From Dehalococcoidia bacterium (GTDB lineage: Bacteria; Chloroflexota; Dehalococcoidia; UBA2979), in contig OZ253555.1 in the NCBI GenBank assembly GCA_965262725.1, forward strand, positions 517,256 to 581,255: a stretch of DNA of 64,000 nt, in the 5' to 3' direction. Under the pieces are notes generated by a model. It worked only from the letters and a program-made list of their open reading frames with translations, made no database searches and was not told the origin of the DNA. Positions 49,969 through 59,195 of the stretch are shown in pieces (position 1 is the stretch's first letter; each line of letters starts with the position of its first letter). Both the position numbers and the translations under genes were made by a program.

Positions 49969-52152
49969 GTGAGTTCGCGGCGCGCCTTCACGGGGCGTCG
50001 CGTCGTGGTGCTCGGCGCCGTGCTCGCCGCAGCGCTGGTCGCCGCGCTCTTCCCCTGGTTCCCCGGGAGCGAGGAGTCGGGCGAGGGCAGCGTCGCCCGG
50101 CGCACGATCACCGCGCCGCGGGCGGCCAGCTACGAGTCGGCGGTTCTGACGGAGGCGCTGCGCCAGGAGGCCGCCTCAGCCGTCCCCGAGGTCTACGTGC
50201 TCGACCCCGGCGTGCGCGACACGCAGCTGCGCTCGCTCGATCGCCAGCTCGCGATGATCGACGCGGTGCGGCGCGACCAGTCGGTGTCGGCCTCCGCCCG
50301 CGAATCCGCGATCCGCGCGATCGACGGCGTGGACCTCGCTCCCCTGGCCACCGCGGCGCTCGGCGCGGCCGACGACGCCAACTGGCGGGACCTCGCCGCC
50401 GAGGCGCGCAACGCTCTCGGCCGAGCGCTGACCGGAGCCGTCTCCGCCGACGACCTGCCGAGCGCGCGGGAGCGGAGCGCGGGCTTCCTCTCGCCCCGGC
50501 TCACCCAGGGACAGACGCTCGCCCTCACCCAGCTGCTCGACCCCCTGGTGGTTGCCACGCTCGTGGTCGACCGCGAGCGCACCGACTTCGTCCGCGAGGA
50601 GGCGCGCGCGGCGCAGCTCCCGGTGGAAGTCGTCGTGCAGCCGGGCGACCCCGTGGTGACCCGCGATGAGCCGATCACCGCGTCGCAGGCCGAGGCGCTC
50701 GCGATGCTCGATCTCGTCTCCCCGGACGTGCGTCCCCGGTCGGTCGTCGCGACCGTGCTCGTCGCGCTCCTCGCCTCGGCTGCCCTCGGCGGCTACCTCT
50801 TCGTGGAGCAGCCGGCGAGCGCGGTCGGCGCCCGCCGGCTCATCCTGCTGGGACTCCTCCTGATCGTGCCCGCGATCGTGGTCAAGTTCGGACTCCCGCT
50901 GACCCTCCCCGACGACGAGCGGCGCTTCCTGGTGCATGCGCTGCCGCTTGCGGCGACGCCGATCGCGGCGGCCGTGCTGCTCGACGTCCCGATCGCCGTG
51001 CTGCTCGCGGCGCTGGTGGCCGCGATCGCCTCGTTCGTCGCGCTGGAGGTTCCCGGCACCGTCGGCGTCGGCGTGGAGACCCCGACCGAGGCGGTGCGGC
51101 TCGCGTTCGTCGTGCTCGCCGCCTCGCTCGGCGGCATCCTCCCGGCCGCGCGCGCGGAGCGACAGCAGCGCTACCTGATGGCGGGGATCGGGGCAGCCGC
51201 TGCGGGCGCTGCCGCCGCGCTCGCCACGTGGATGCTGGACGCGGAGCGCTCCGGCATCGATCTCCTCTGGATCGCGGCCACGACGACCGTGGGCGGCTTC
51301 CTGGCCGCGATGATCGCGGTCGGCGCCTTCGTCGTCTTCTCGCGCCCGTTCGGCATCATCACGCGCGTCGAGCTGATGGAGCTGGCGCAGCTCAACCACC
51401 CGCTGCTCCGGCGCCTGCAGGACGAGGCGCCGGGCACCTTCCAGCACGCGGTGCTCGTCGGCAATCTCGCCGAGCGCGCCGCCGATCGTATCGGCGCGAA
51501 CCCGCTCGTCGCCCGTGTCGGCGCCTACTACCACGACGTCGGGAAGCTGGTCGCGCCCTCCTTCTTCGTCGAGAACCAGACCGGGGAGAGCCCGCACGGG
51601 GGACTCGATCCCCTGCAGAGCACCCGCGTCATCCAGCAGCACGTGACGGCCGGGGTGGAGATCGCGCGCAAGAGCGGGCTCCCGGAGGCGATCGTGCAGT
51701 TCATCCCGCAGCACCACGGGACGCTGCTGGTCGCCTTCTTCTACCGCCGCGCCGCCGAGCAGAACCCGAGCATCGACCCCGAGCTCTTCCGCTACCCTGG
51801 CCCGCGCCCCCGCACGCGCGAGGCGGCGCTCGTGATGCTCGCGGACGGCTGCGAGGCCTCGGTCCGGGCGAGCGCCGACCGCTCCCCCGACCGGATCCGC
51901 ACCATCGTCGAGGGGGTGATACGCGAGCGCATCGAGGAGCGGCAGTTCGACGACTGCCCGATCTCGCTGCGGGATCTCCGGGTCACCTCCGACTCGTTCG
52001 TCTCGGCGCTCGCGGCGGTCTTCCACCCGCGCGTCGAGTACCCCGAGCCCACCGAGCGCGAGCGCGCGGAGCGCCGCGGCGCCGCGGAGGCGAACGGGAG
52101 CGACGGCGTACCCGGGAGGGCCGACGGCGCCGCCGGGCCGACGCGTCGCTAG
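49969..52152 (+). CDS. 7TM receptor with intracellular HD hydrolase domain (PgpH/YqfF-like)
   Basis: Extracellular region, 7 TM helices, HD domain HAVLVGNLAE...AYYHDVGK. Confidence 0.85.
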   Translation: MSSRRAFTGRRVVVLGAVLAAALVAALFPWFPGSEESGEGSVARRTITAPRAASYESAVLTEALRQEAASAVPEVYVLDPGVRDTQLRSLDRQLAMIDAVRRDQSVSASARESAIRAIDGVDLAPLATAALGAADDANWRDLAAEARNALGRALTGAVSADDLPSARERSAGFLSPRLTQGQTLALTQLLDPLVVATLVVDRERTDFVREEARAAQLPVEVVVQPGDPVVTRDEPITASQAEALAMLDLVSPDVRPRSVVATVLVALLASAALGGYLFVEQPASAVGARRLILLGLLLIVPAIVVKFGLPLTLPDDERRFLVHALPLAATPIAAAVLLDVPIAVLLAALVAAIASFVALEVPGTVGVGVETPTEAVRLAFVVLAASLGGILPAARAERQQRYLMAGIGAAAAGAAAALATWMLDAERSGIDLLWIAATTTVGGFLAAMIAVGAFVVFSRPFGIITRVELMELAQLNHPLLRRLQDEAPGTFQHAVLVGNLAERAADRIGANPLVARVGAYYHDVGKLVAPSFFVENQTGESPHGGLDPLQSTRVIQQHVTAGVEIARKSGLPEAIVQFIPQHHGTLLVAFFYRRAAEQNPSIDPELFRYPGPRPRTREAALVMLADGCEASVRASADRSPDRIRTIVEGVIRERIEERQFDDCPISLRDLRVTSDSFVSALAAVFHPRVEYPEPTERERAERRGAAEANGSDGVPGRADGAAGPTRR

Positions 52153-52253
52153 GCCCACGGGGGCGGGCTGGTACTGGCGCCCCTCGATATGATCGCTCCC
52201 GGCCCGGGCGGCGGCCGGCGTCGGGCCGGGGCGGGCTGTGGGCAGGAGTCCTC

Positions 52254-52967
52254 GTGCGAGCCGCGGTCGTGGTCTTCCCCGGCACGTGGAGCGACCGCGA
52301 TTGCGTCCACGCCCTCGCAACGGTCGGGATCGAGTCCCGCCGCCTCTGGCACCGGGAGACGGGCATCGACGCAGACGAGCTCGTCGTGCTTCCGGGCGGC
52401 TTCTCCTACGGCGACTACCTGCGCTGCGGGGCGATCGCACGCTTCTCGCCGGTGATGGCGGCCGTGCGACGGCACGCCGATGCGGGCGGCCTCGTCATCG
52501 GCATCTGCAACGGGTTCCAGGTGCTCTGCGAGGCCGGGATGCTGCCCGGCGCGCTGATGCGCAACGATTCGCTCCGCTTCCGCTGCGAGGAGGTCCACCT
52601 GGCGCCCGCGAGCGACCGCTCGCCCTTCACGCGGGTCCTCGACCCGCAGCGGCCGCTGCGCATGCCGATCTCCCACGGCGAGGGCAACTACTACGCCGAC
52701 GCCGCGACTCTCGATCGGCTGGAGGCGGAGGAGCGCGTCGCCTTCCGCTACGTCGACTCAGGGGGGTGCGCGACGCCTCAGGCGAACCCCAACGGCTCGC
52801 TCCGCAACATCGCCGGCGTGCTGAACGAGGGCGGCAACGTGCTCGGGATGATGCCCCACCCGGAGCGCGCCTGCGAGGCGCTGCTCGGCGGGGACGACGG
52901 GAACGCGATCTGGCGCTCGCTGCTCGCCGCGCCGGCTGCCCGCGCGCCCGGGGCGGCCGCGACGTGA
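52254..52967 (+). CDS. purQ: Phosphoribosylformylglycinamidine synthase subunit PurQ (glutaminase)
   Basis: GTG start; GICNGFQ catalytic Cys and HPE motif (MPHPER). Confidence 0.9.
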   Translation: MRAAVVVFPGTWSDRDCVHALATVGIESRRLWHRETGIDADELVVLPGGFSYGDYLRCGAIARFSPVMAAVRRHADAGGLVIGICNGFQVLCEAGMLPGALMRNDSLRFRCEEVHLAPASDRSPFTRVLDPQRPLRMPISHGEGNYYADAATLDRLEAEERVAFRYVDSGGCATPQANPNGSLRNIAGVLNEGGNVLGMMPHPERACEALLGGDDGNAIWRSLLAAPAARAPGAAAT

Positions 52968-53016
52968 GGGCGGGCGGGCGGCGTACCGCGGTCCCGTCCC
53001 CGCGCGGGAACGGCCG

Positions 53017-55326
53017 ATGAGCGAGGACGTCGCGCCCGCCGGGGGCCCTGCCGCCGTCACCGAGGCGACGCTTCAGCGCATCGCGATGTCGCGTTCCGAG
53101 TACGAGCGGCTCCTGCTGCTGCTCGACCGCGACCCCTCGCCCGTCGAGCTCGGGATGGTCGCCGCGCTCTGGTCGGAGCACTGCGGCTACAAGCACTCGC
53201 GCTCGCTCTTCCACCACTTCCCGACGGAGGGGCCGCGGGTGCTCACCCGCGCCGGCGAGGAGAACGCCGGCGCGATCGATCTCGGCGACGGCTGGGTCGC
53301 CGTCTTCAAGATGGAGTCGCACAACCACCCCTCGGCGATCGAGCCCTACCAGGGCGCGGCGACCGGGGTCGGGGGCATCCTGCGCGACATCTTCGCGATG
53401 GGGATGCGCCCGGTCGCCCTGCTCGACTCGCTCCGCTTCGGGGAGCTCGGCGACCCCAGAAACCGCCACCTCTTCCGGGGCGTCGTCGCAGGCGTCGGTG
53501 GATACGGCAACTGCATCGGCGTCCCGACCGTCGGCGGCGAGGTGCAGTTCGATCCCGGCTACGACGGGAACCCCTTGGTCAACGTGATGTGCGTCGGCGT
53601 GGGCCGCAGGGAGCAGCTGCTCTCCGCCTCGGCGAAGGGCGTCGGGAACCCGCTCGTGCTGGTCGGCGCCGACACCGGCCGCGACGGCATCCACGGCGCG
53701 ACCTTCGCCTCGGTCGAGCTGGACGAGGACGCAGGCGCCCAGCGCCCGGCGGTCCAGGTCGGCAACCCCTTCATGGAGAAGCTCTTGATGGAGGCGTGCG
53801 TCGAGCTCGCCGAGCGGCACCCCGAGTGGATCGAGGGACTGCAGGACCTCGGCGCCGCCGGCCTCACCTCGAGCAGCGTCGAAGCGGCCGCGCGCGCCGG
53901 CACCGGGATCACGATCGACGTGGACCGCGTCCCGCGCCGCGAGCGGGGGATGAGCGCCTACGAGGTGATGCTCTCCGAGTCACAGGAGCGGATGCTCGTC
54001 ATCCCGAAACGGGAGCACCTCGACGACGTGCTGGCCCTGATGCGCCGGTGGGAACTGCGCGCCGACGTGATCGGCGAGGTGACCGCCGACGGGAGCGCCA
54101 CGGTCTACGGCGCGGGCGGCACCGAGGCGCGGCTCCCGGTCGGCGTGCTGACCGACGCGCCGCTCTACCCGCCCGAGGCGCGGCGCCCCTCCGATCTCGA
54201 CCGGCTGTGGGACGAGGACCTCGGGGCTCTCCCCGACGTGCCGGCATCCGGTGACGCGGTCGAGACGCTGCTCGCCCTCCTCGCCTCGCCGAACATCGCG
54301 AGCAGGAGCTGGATCTACCGCCAGTACGACCACCAGGTGCTCAACGGCACCGTCGTGCTCCCCGGCGGCGACGCCGCCGTGATCCGCGTCCCGGGCATGC
54401 GCGCCGGGCTCGCCGTGGCGACCGACTGCAACGCGCGCTTCGTGGCGCTCGATCCGCGCACCGGCGCCCAGATGGCCGTCGCCGAGGCCGCGCGCAACGT
54501 CGTCGCCACGGGCGCCGAGCCCGTCGCCCTCACCGATTGCCTGAACTTCGGCAACCCGGAGCGCCCCGAGGTGGCGTATCAGCTCGAGCAGTCGGTGATC
54601 GGGCTCTCGGAGGCGGCGCGCGCGCTCGGGACGCCGGTCGTCTCCGGCAACGCCTCCCTCTACAACGAGACGCCGCAGGGAGGCGTGCCGCCGACGCCGA
54701 CTATAGGGATGCTCGGGCTGCTCCCGGACGTCGAGCGCCACCTCACGATCGCCCCCCGAGTCGGCGACACGCTCGTGCTCGTCGGTGCGCCGCTTCGGCA
54801 GGAGGCGGCGACGCTGGCCGGAAGCGAGTACCTCGTGCGTGTGCACGGACGCCTCTCGGGGCGCCCGCGGATCGACCTCGAGCACGAGCGCTCCGTGCAG
54901 CGCCTGGTGCTCGACGCGCACGAGCGGGGCCTCCTCACGGCGGCGCACGACCTCTCCGAGGGCGGCCTCGCCGTCGCGCTCGCCGAGTGTCTCCTCGCGG
55001 CGGGCTCGGGCCCCGCGGCGCCGGGAGCCGGCCTCGTACGCGCTCCCGGCACCGACCTCGGCGTTCGGCTCGACGCCGCGCTCTTCGGGGAGGCGCCCTC
55101 GCGCCTCCTCGTCGGCGTCGCGGACGGTGAGGCGCTCGCCGCGCTCCTCGATCTCGCCCGGGTGGCCGGCGTTCCCGCCGCTCCCCTCGGTGAGGTCGTG
55201 GCCGAGGAGGAGCCGCGGCTCCGGATCGGCCCGCTCGACGTCTCGTGCGCCTCGCTCCGCGACGCCTACGAGGGCGGCCTGCCGCGTGCGCTCGGCGAGG
55301 AGGGGCCGGGCGGCCCGTCCGGGTAG
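53017..55326 (+). CDS. purL: Phosphoribosylformylglycinamidine synthase subunit PurL
   Basis: 769 aa FGAM synthase II. Confidence 0.95.
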   Translation: MSEDVAPAGGPAAVTEATLQRIAMSRSEYERLLLLLDRDPSPVELGMVAALWSEHCGYKHSRSLFHHFPTEGPRVLTRAGEENAGAIDLGDGWVAVFKMESHNHPSAIEPYQGAATGVGGILRDIFAMGMRPVALLDSLRFGELGDPRNRHLFRGVVAGVGGYGNCIGVPTVGGEVQFDPGYDGNPLVNVMCVGVGRREQLLSASAKGVGNPLVLVGADTGRDGIHGATFASVELDEDAGAQRPAVQVGNPFMEKLLMEACVELAERHPEWIEGLQDLGAAGLTSSSVEAAARAGTGITIDVDRVPRRERGMSAYEVMLSESQERMLVIPKREHLDDVLALMRRWELRADVIGEVTADGSATVYGAGGTEARLPVGVLTDAPLYPPEARRPSDLDRLWDEDLGALPDVPASGDAVETLLALLASPNIASRSWIYRQYDHQVLNGTVVLPGGDAAVIRVPGMRAGLAVATDCNARFVALDPRTGAQMAVAEAARNVVATGAEPVALTDCLNFGNPERPEVAYQLEQSVIGLSEAARALGTPVVSGNASLYNETPQGGVPPTPTIGMLGLLPDVERHLTIAPRVGDTLVLVGAPLRQEAATLAGSEYLVRVHGRLSGRPRIDLEHERSVQRLVLDAHERGLLTAAHDLSEGGLAVALAECLLAAGSGPAAPGAGLVRAPGTDLGVRLDAALFGEAPSRLLVGVADGEALAALLDLARVAGVPAAPLGEVVAEEEPRLRIGPLDVSCASLRDAYEGGLPRALGEEGPGGPSG

Positions 55327-55498
55327 GGGACGCGGCGCTGGGGCGCGCGGGGGCGGGGTCACCGCCGCCGCTGGCCGGGCGCCGGTCATCTGGCGAACGC
55401 GGAGCCGTCCCCGAACATCGGCACGGCGACCCGCGCGGCACCTGGTCCTCGGGGATCGGTCGGTGCGCCTCCCCGTGTCGCGGCGATCGGGCCCCCGG

Positions 55499-55927
55499 CT
55501 ACCCCTCGTGCCGAAGCTGCTCGACCCGCCGCAGCACGGCCGTCAGGAATCCGGACTCGCACGCACGCCCGAGGGTGTTCTCGACGAAGCGGGCCTGGCG
55601 GATCACGACCGTGAGGAGCCGCGCGAGGTCGAGCGCGGTCGCCTCCTCGATCGCCCGGCGGTCACTCCCCAGCCGCCGCGCCTCCGGTGTGTCCTTCCAC
55701 ACGGGCCAGTCAAAGCCGGGGAGCACCCAGCCGTCGCGGTAGGCCACGTCGTGGAACCGCTGAAGCGTGTCCGAGTACGAATACCAGGGCATCGTGAAGA
55801 CGCCGGGCTCCTTCTCCTCTCCCCCCTCCCGGCTCCCGCACGAAAAGTCGGGGGCCTCGAAGGCGGGAAGGAGGGAGGCGAGGCCGTCAAGCTTTGGTTC
55901 GACCCACTCGGCCGGCTGATCGGTCAT
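55499..55927 (-). CDS. Hypothetical protein
   Basis: 142 aa from the internal Met MTDQPAEWVEP...; Trp-rich (WYSYSDTLQRFHDVAYRDGWVLPGFDWPVW). Confidence 0.45.
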   Translation of the reverse strand: MTDQPAEWVEPKLDGLASLLPAFEAPDFSCGSREGGEEKEPGVFTMPWYSYSDTLQRFHDVAYRDGWVLPGFDWPVWKDTPEARRLGSDRRAIEEATALDLARLLTVVIRQARFVENTLGRACESGFLTAVLRRVEQLRHEG

Positions 55928-56016
55928 GGGGACCCCTCTTCCGGTGCCGCCCGTCGCGTCGTGCGACGTTGCGGCGGTTGCCGCTCGGGGCCGCGCCGTC
56001 CGCTCCATCCATCGTA

Positions 56017-56045
56017 GCGGCGGGGCTTGACCGGAACAGAACACC
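56017..56045 (+). promoter_or_regulatory. Putative sigma70-type promoter for the rplI-dnaB operon
   Basis: TTGACC, 17-nt spacer, TACTAT, about 250 nt upstream of rplI. Confidence 0.3.
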
Positions 56046-56301
56046 CGTTCTACTATGCGCACACGTTGCCCCGGGGAGGAGAGGAGGATCGGCGCCGTCG
56101 GCGACCGGTGGATTGCCCGGGCAGTGGCTCGGGGCTACGCTGATCGCCGATCCACAGAGCCATCCACGCCGGTCACGATGCGGGGCATCCGATGCACCCG
56201 CCGAATGTTGACACGGCGGTGGATAAGGGAGCTTTCGGTGCCGGGGCCCCACCTACCGTGGGCTGCGTCCCGGCTCCGATATGCCGAGAGGGTGAGTCGA
56301 G

Positions 56302-56934
56302 GTGAAGGTCGTTTTTCTGGAAACCGTGGAGGGGTCCGGCACCATGGGCGAGGTGAAGACTGTCGCCAATGGATTCGCCCGGAACTTCCTGTTGCCGCGC
56401 GGCCTAGCCGCACCGGCGACCGCCGCCCTCCTCGAGCGGGCTCACGAGCTCGCCCGCGAGGAGGAGAGGCGCCAGCAGGCCCAGGACGAGAGTGCCGAGG
56501 GGCTGGCTAGCCGGCTCAGAGGGCACCCGCTCGTCATGGCCGTTCGCGTCGGCGAACAGGGGAGGCTGTACGGATCGGTTACCAGTGCCGACCTCGCCGA
56601 GAAGGCTGGGGAGATTCTCGGCGAGGAACTGGACCGCCGTCGCGTCCTCTTGCCCGAGGTGATTCGGAGCGTGGGGGTGTACTCCGTGCCGCTCCGGCTG
56701 TCACGTAACGTGATGCCGGAGGTGCAGGTGGTGGTGGTGGACGCCGAGGCGCCGGAAGGCGTTGAGGCCGCCGCCGAGGCGATGCTCCACATCGCCTCTG
56801 TGGCAGCCGATGAGGCCGAGGCCGCCGCCGACCAGGACGAGCCCTCCGTGGAGACGCCGATCGCCGACGGCGTATCGGAGCCGGGGACATCCGACGATGC
56901 CGCGCCCGCGGCGCAGGCGGGCGATTCGAGCTAA
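56302..56934 (+). CDS. rplI: 50S ribosomal protein L9 with acidic C-terminal extension
   Basis: MKVVFLETVEGSGTMGEVKTVANGFARNFLLPRGLA. Confidence 0.95.
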   Translation: MKVVFLETVEGSGTMGEVKTVANGFARNFLLPRGLAAPATAALLERAHELAREEERRQQAQDESAEGLASRLRGHPLVMAVRVGEQGRLYGSVTSADLAEKAGEILGEELDRRRVLLPEVIRSVGVYSVPLRLSRNVMPEVQVVVVDAEAPEGVEAAAEAMLHIASVAADEAEAAADQDEPSVETPIADGVSEPGTSDDAAPAAQAGDSS

Positions 56935-56937
56935 CCC

Positions 56938-58380
56938 GTGGTCACGGAGCGACGTCCGCCAGCGCTGTGGCCGGACGCAGAGACCCGCTCCGCGAGCGGG
57001 TTGCCTCCGCATGACATCGACGCCGAGGAGGCCGTGATCGCGGCGCTCCTGCTCGACGACAGCGCCTACGCCCGCGTGCTCCCGATAGTGCAGCCGGGGG
57101 ACTTCTTCCGCGAGCAGAATCGCTGGTGCTACGAGGCGGCGCAGGCGCTCGCCGGGCGCTCCGAGTCCGTCACCCTGACCACGCTGGCGCACGAGCTCGA
57201 GCGCGACGGCCGCCTCGACTCCGTGGGCGGCGAGCCCTACCTGTCTGAGATCCAGGGGAAGCACTTCACGGCGCTCGGCGTGGAGGCGCACGCGCGCATC
57301 ATCGCCCGCGACGCGCTCTATCGCCGGTTGATCCAGGCCGCGTCGCAGATCGCCCAGAGGGCCTACGACGGCGGCCCCGACGTGGCCCGCGTCCTGGTCG
57401 AGGCGGAGACACTCCTGCTCGCAGTGCGCTCGGCGGAGGCGTCGGGCGACTTCGTGCGCCTCCGCGAGCTGCTCGACCAGTTCCTGGAGGACGCCGGCGA
57501 GCAGGTCGAGGGCCAGCTCGTCGAGGGCGTGCGCTCCGGCTTCATGGATCTCGACGAGCTGCTCGGCGGCTTCAAGCGCGGCGACCTCGTCATCCTCGCG
57601 GCGCGGACCGGGGTGGGGAAGTCGGCGCTGCTCCTCAACTTCGCGCGCAACGCAGCCGTCGGGCAGCACGCGACGGTCGCGCTCTTCTCCCTCGAGATGT
57701 CGGGCGAGCAGCTCGCGGCACGGCTGCTCTCGGCCGAGGCCGGCGTGACCTCGACGCGCCTTCGTCTCGGCACGCACACCGAGCGCGAGGAGGCGTCGAT
57801 CATGCACGCGTTCGGCGTGCTCGGTGAAGCCGCCGTCTACATCGACGACTCGCCGATGCTCTCCGTCCCCGAGATCCGCGCGAAGCTCAGGCGTCTGCAG
57901 GCCGACGGCGGCCTCGACCTCGTCGTCGTCGACTACCTGCAGCTCCTGCATGGCAGCGGCCGCGCCGACACGCGCGCCGGCGAGATCAGCCAGATCTCGC
58001 GGACGCTGAAGGAGATGGCGCGCGAGCTGAAGGTGCCGGTGATCGCGGCCGCGCAGCTCTCGCGCGCGGTCGAGCAGCGCACGCCGCACATCCCGATGCT
58101 CTCCGACCTGCGCGAGTCGGGCTCCATCGAGCAGGACGCCGACGTCGTGATGTTCATTTATCGTGAGGACGTCTACATGAAGCCCGAGGAGTGGCAGCGC
58201 CAGCACCCGGAGGCGCCCGGGAGCCAGCACCCCTCCGGCCTCGCGCAGATCATCGTGGCGAAGCACCGCAACGGCCCGATGGGTTCCGTCTCAGTGCGCT
58301 TCGTCGACCGCACCGCCTCCTTCCAGGATCTGCTGCTCCGGGGGGAGGAGCCGCCTGGAGGCGGCGGTGCCGCGTGGTGA
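56938..58380 (+). CDS. dnaB: Replicative DNA helicase DnaB (no intein)
   Basis: N-terminal domain, Walker A GVGKSALLLNFA, RecA-like fold, 480 aa. Confidence 0.95.
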   Translation: MVTERRPPALWPDAETRSASGLPPHDIDAEEAVIAALLLDDSAYARVLPIVQPGDFFREQNRWCYEAAQALAGRSESVTLTTLAHELERDGRLDSVGGEPYLSEIQGKHFTALGVEAHARIIARDALYRRLIQAASQIAQRAYDGGPDVARVLVEAETLLLAVRSAEASGDFVRLRELLDQFLEDAGEQVEGQLVEGVRSGFMDLDELLGGFKRGDLVILAARTGVGKSALLLNFARNAAVGQHATVALFSLEMSGEQLAARLLSAEAGVTSTRLRLGTHTEREEASIMHAFGVLGEAAVYIDDSPMLSVPEIRAKLRRLQADGGLDLVVVDYLQLLHGSGRADTRAGEISQISRTLKEMARELKVPVIAAAQLSRAVEQRTPHIPMLSDLRESGSIEQDADVVMFIYREDVYMKPEEWQRQHPEAPGSQHPSGLAQIIVAKHRNGPMGSVSVRFVDRTASFQDLLLRGEEPPGGGGAAW

Positions 58381-59195
58381 ACGCTCGCCCCTCCCGTGCC
58401 GCCCCCGGAGGCGGCGGCGCCGCGCGGGAGGCGCGCGAGGTGCGCGGCGGGGCGGCCTCCGTCCCGCGCTTCCCGGGCTTCACGACCGGGGGTGCGACCG
58501 TCGCGCTGCCGCGCGAGCTCTTCGTCGACCTGCTGCCTGCCATTGAGGATGAGGGCGAGCTCCGCGCGACCCTCTACGCGCTGGCGGCGGCCTTGCGGCC
58601 GGGGCCCGTGCGCGGCGTGAGGCGATCGCAGCTGCTCCGGGAGCGCCCGCTCCTGCGCCAGTTCGAGCGCCTGGCGCCGGGTGAGGCTCAGGCCGGGGCC
58701 GCGGCCGCGCTCTCGCGCGCCGCAGAGCGCGGCTCGCTGCTCGCCGTCGAGCTCGGAGACGGCGATCTGCTCTACCTCATGAACTCTCAGGCCGGAGGCA
58801 GGCAGCGGGACCGCCTGCTCGCCGGCGTCCTCGCTCCGCCGCCTGCGCCGAGCGGGTGGCGGCCGGGCGCCGGGGACCGACGAGCGGCGGCCGCCGCGGC
58901 CGCGGCGGTGACGACTCCCGGCGGCGCGGCGGCGCTCTACGAGAACGAGATCGGGCTCATTACGCCCGCCGTGGCGGAGGCGCTCTCCGCGGCCGAGGCC
59001 CGGTACCCGGAGGGCTGGATCGAGGATGCCCTGCGGCTGGCGGCGCTCCACAACGCGCGGTCGTGGGCGTACGCGGAGGCGGTCCTGCGGCGCTGGGAGG
59101 TCGAGGGCCGCGGGAAGGAGGGACTCGATGCGGACTCTGAGCGAGATCCTGGGGACGACCCCTACCGACGAGTCGTCCGCCGCTCCTGGCCCTGA
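58377..59195 (+). CDS. DnaD-domain replication initiation protein
   Basis: GTG start overlapping the dnaB stop; C-terminal DDBH2-like YENEIGLITPAVAEAL...WIEDALRLAALHNARSWAYAEAVLRRWE. Confidence 0.65.
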   Translation: MNARPSRAAPGGGGAAREAREVRGGAASVPRFPGFTTGGATVALPRELFVDLLPAIEDEGELRATLYALAAALRPGPVRGVRRSQLLRERPLLRQFERLAPGEAQAGAAAALSRAAERGSLLAVELGDGDLLYLMNSQAGGRQRDRLLAGVLAPPPAPSGWRPGAGDRRAAAAAAAAVTTPGGAAALYENEIGLITPAVAEALSAAEARYPEGWIEDALRLAALHNARSWAYAEAVLRRWEVEGRGKEGLDADSERDPGDDPYRRVVRRSWP

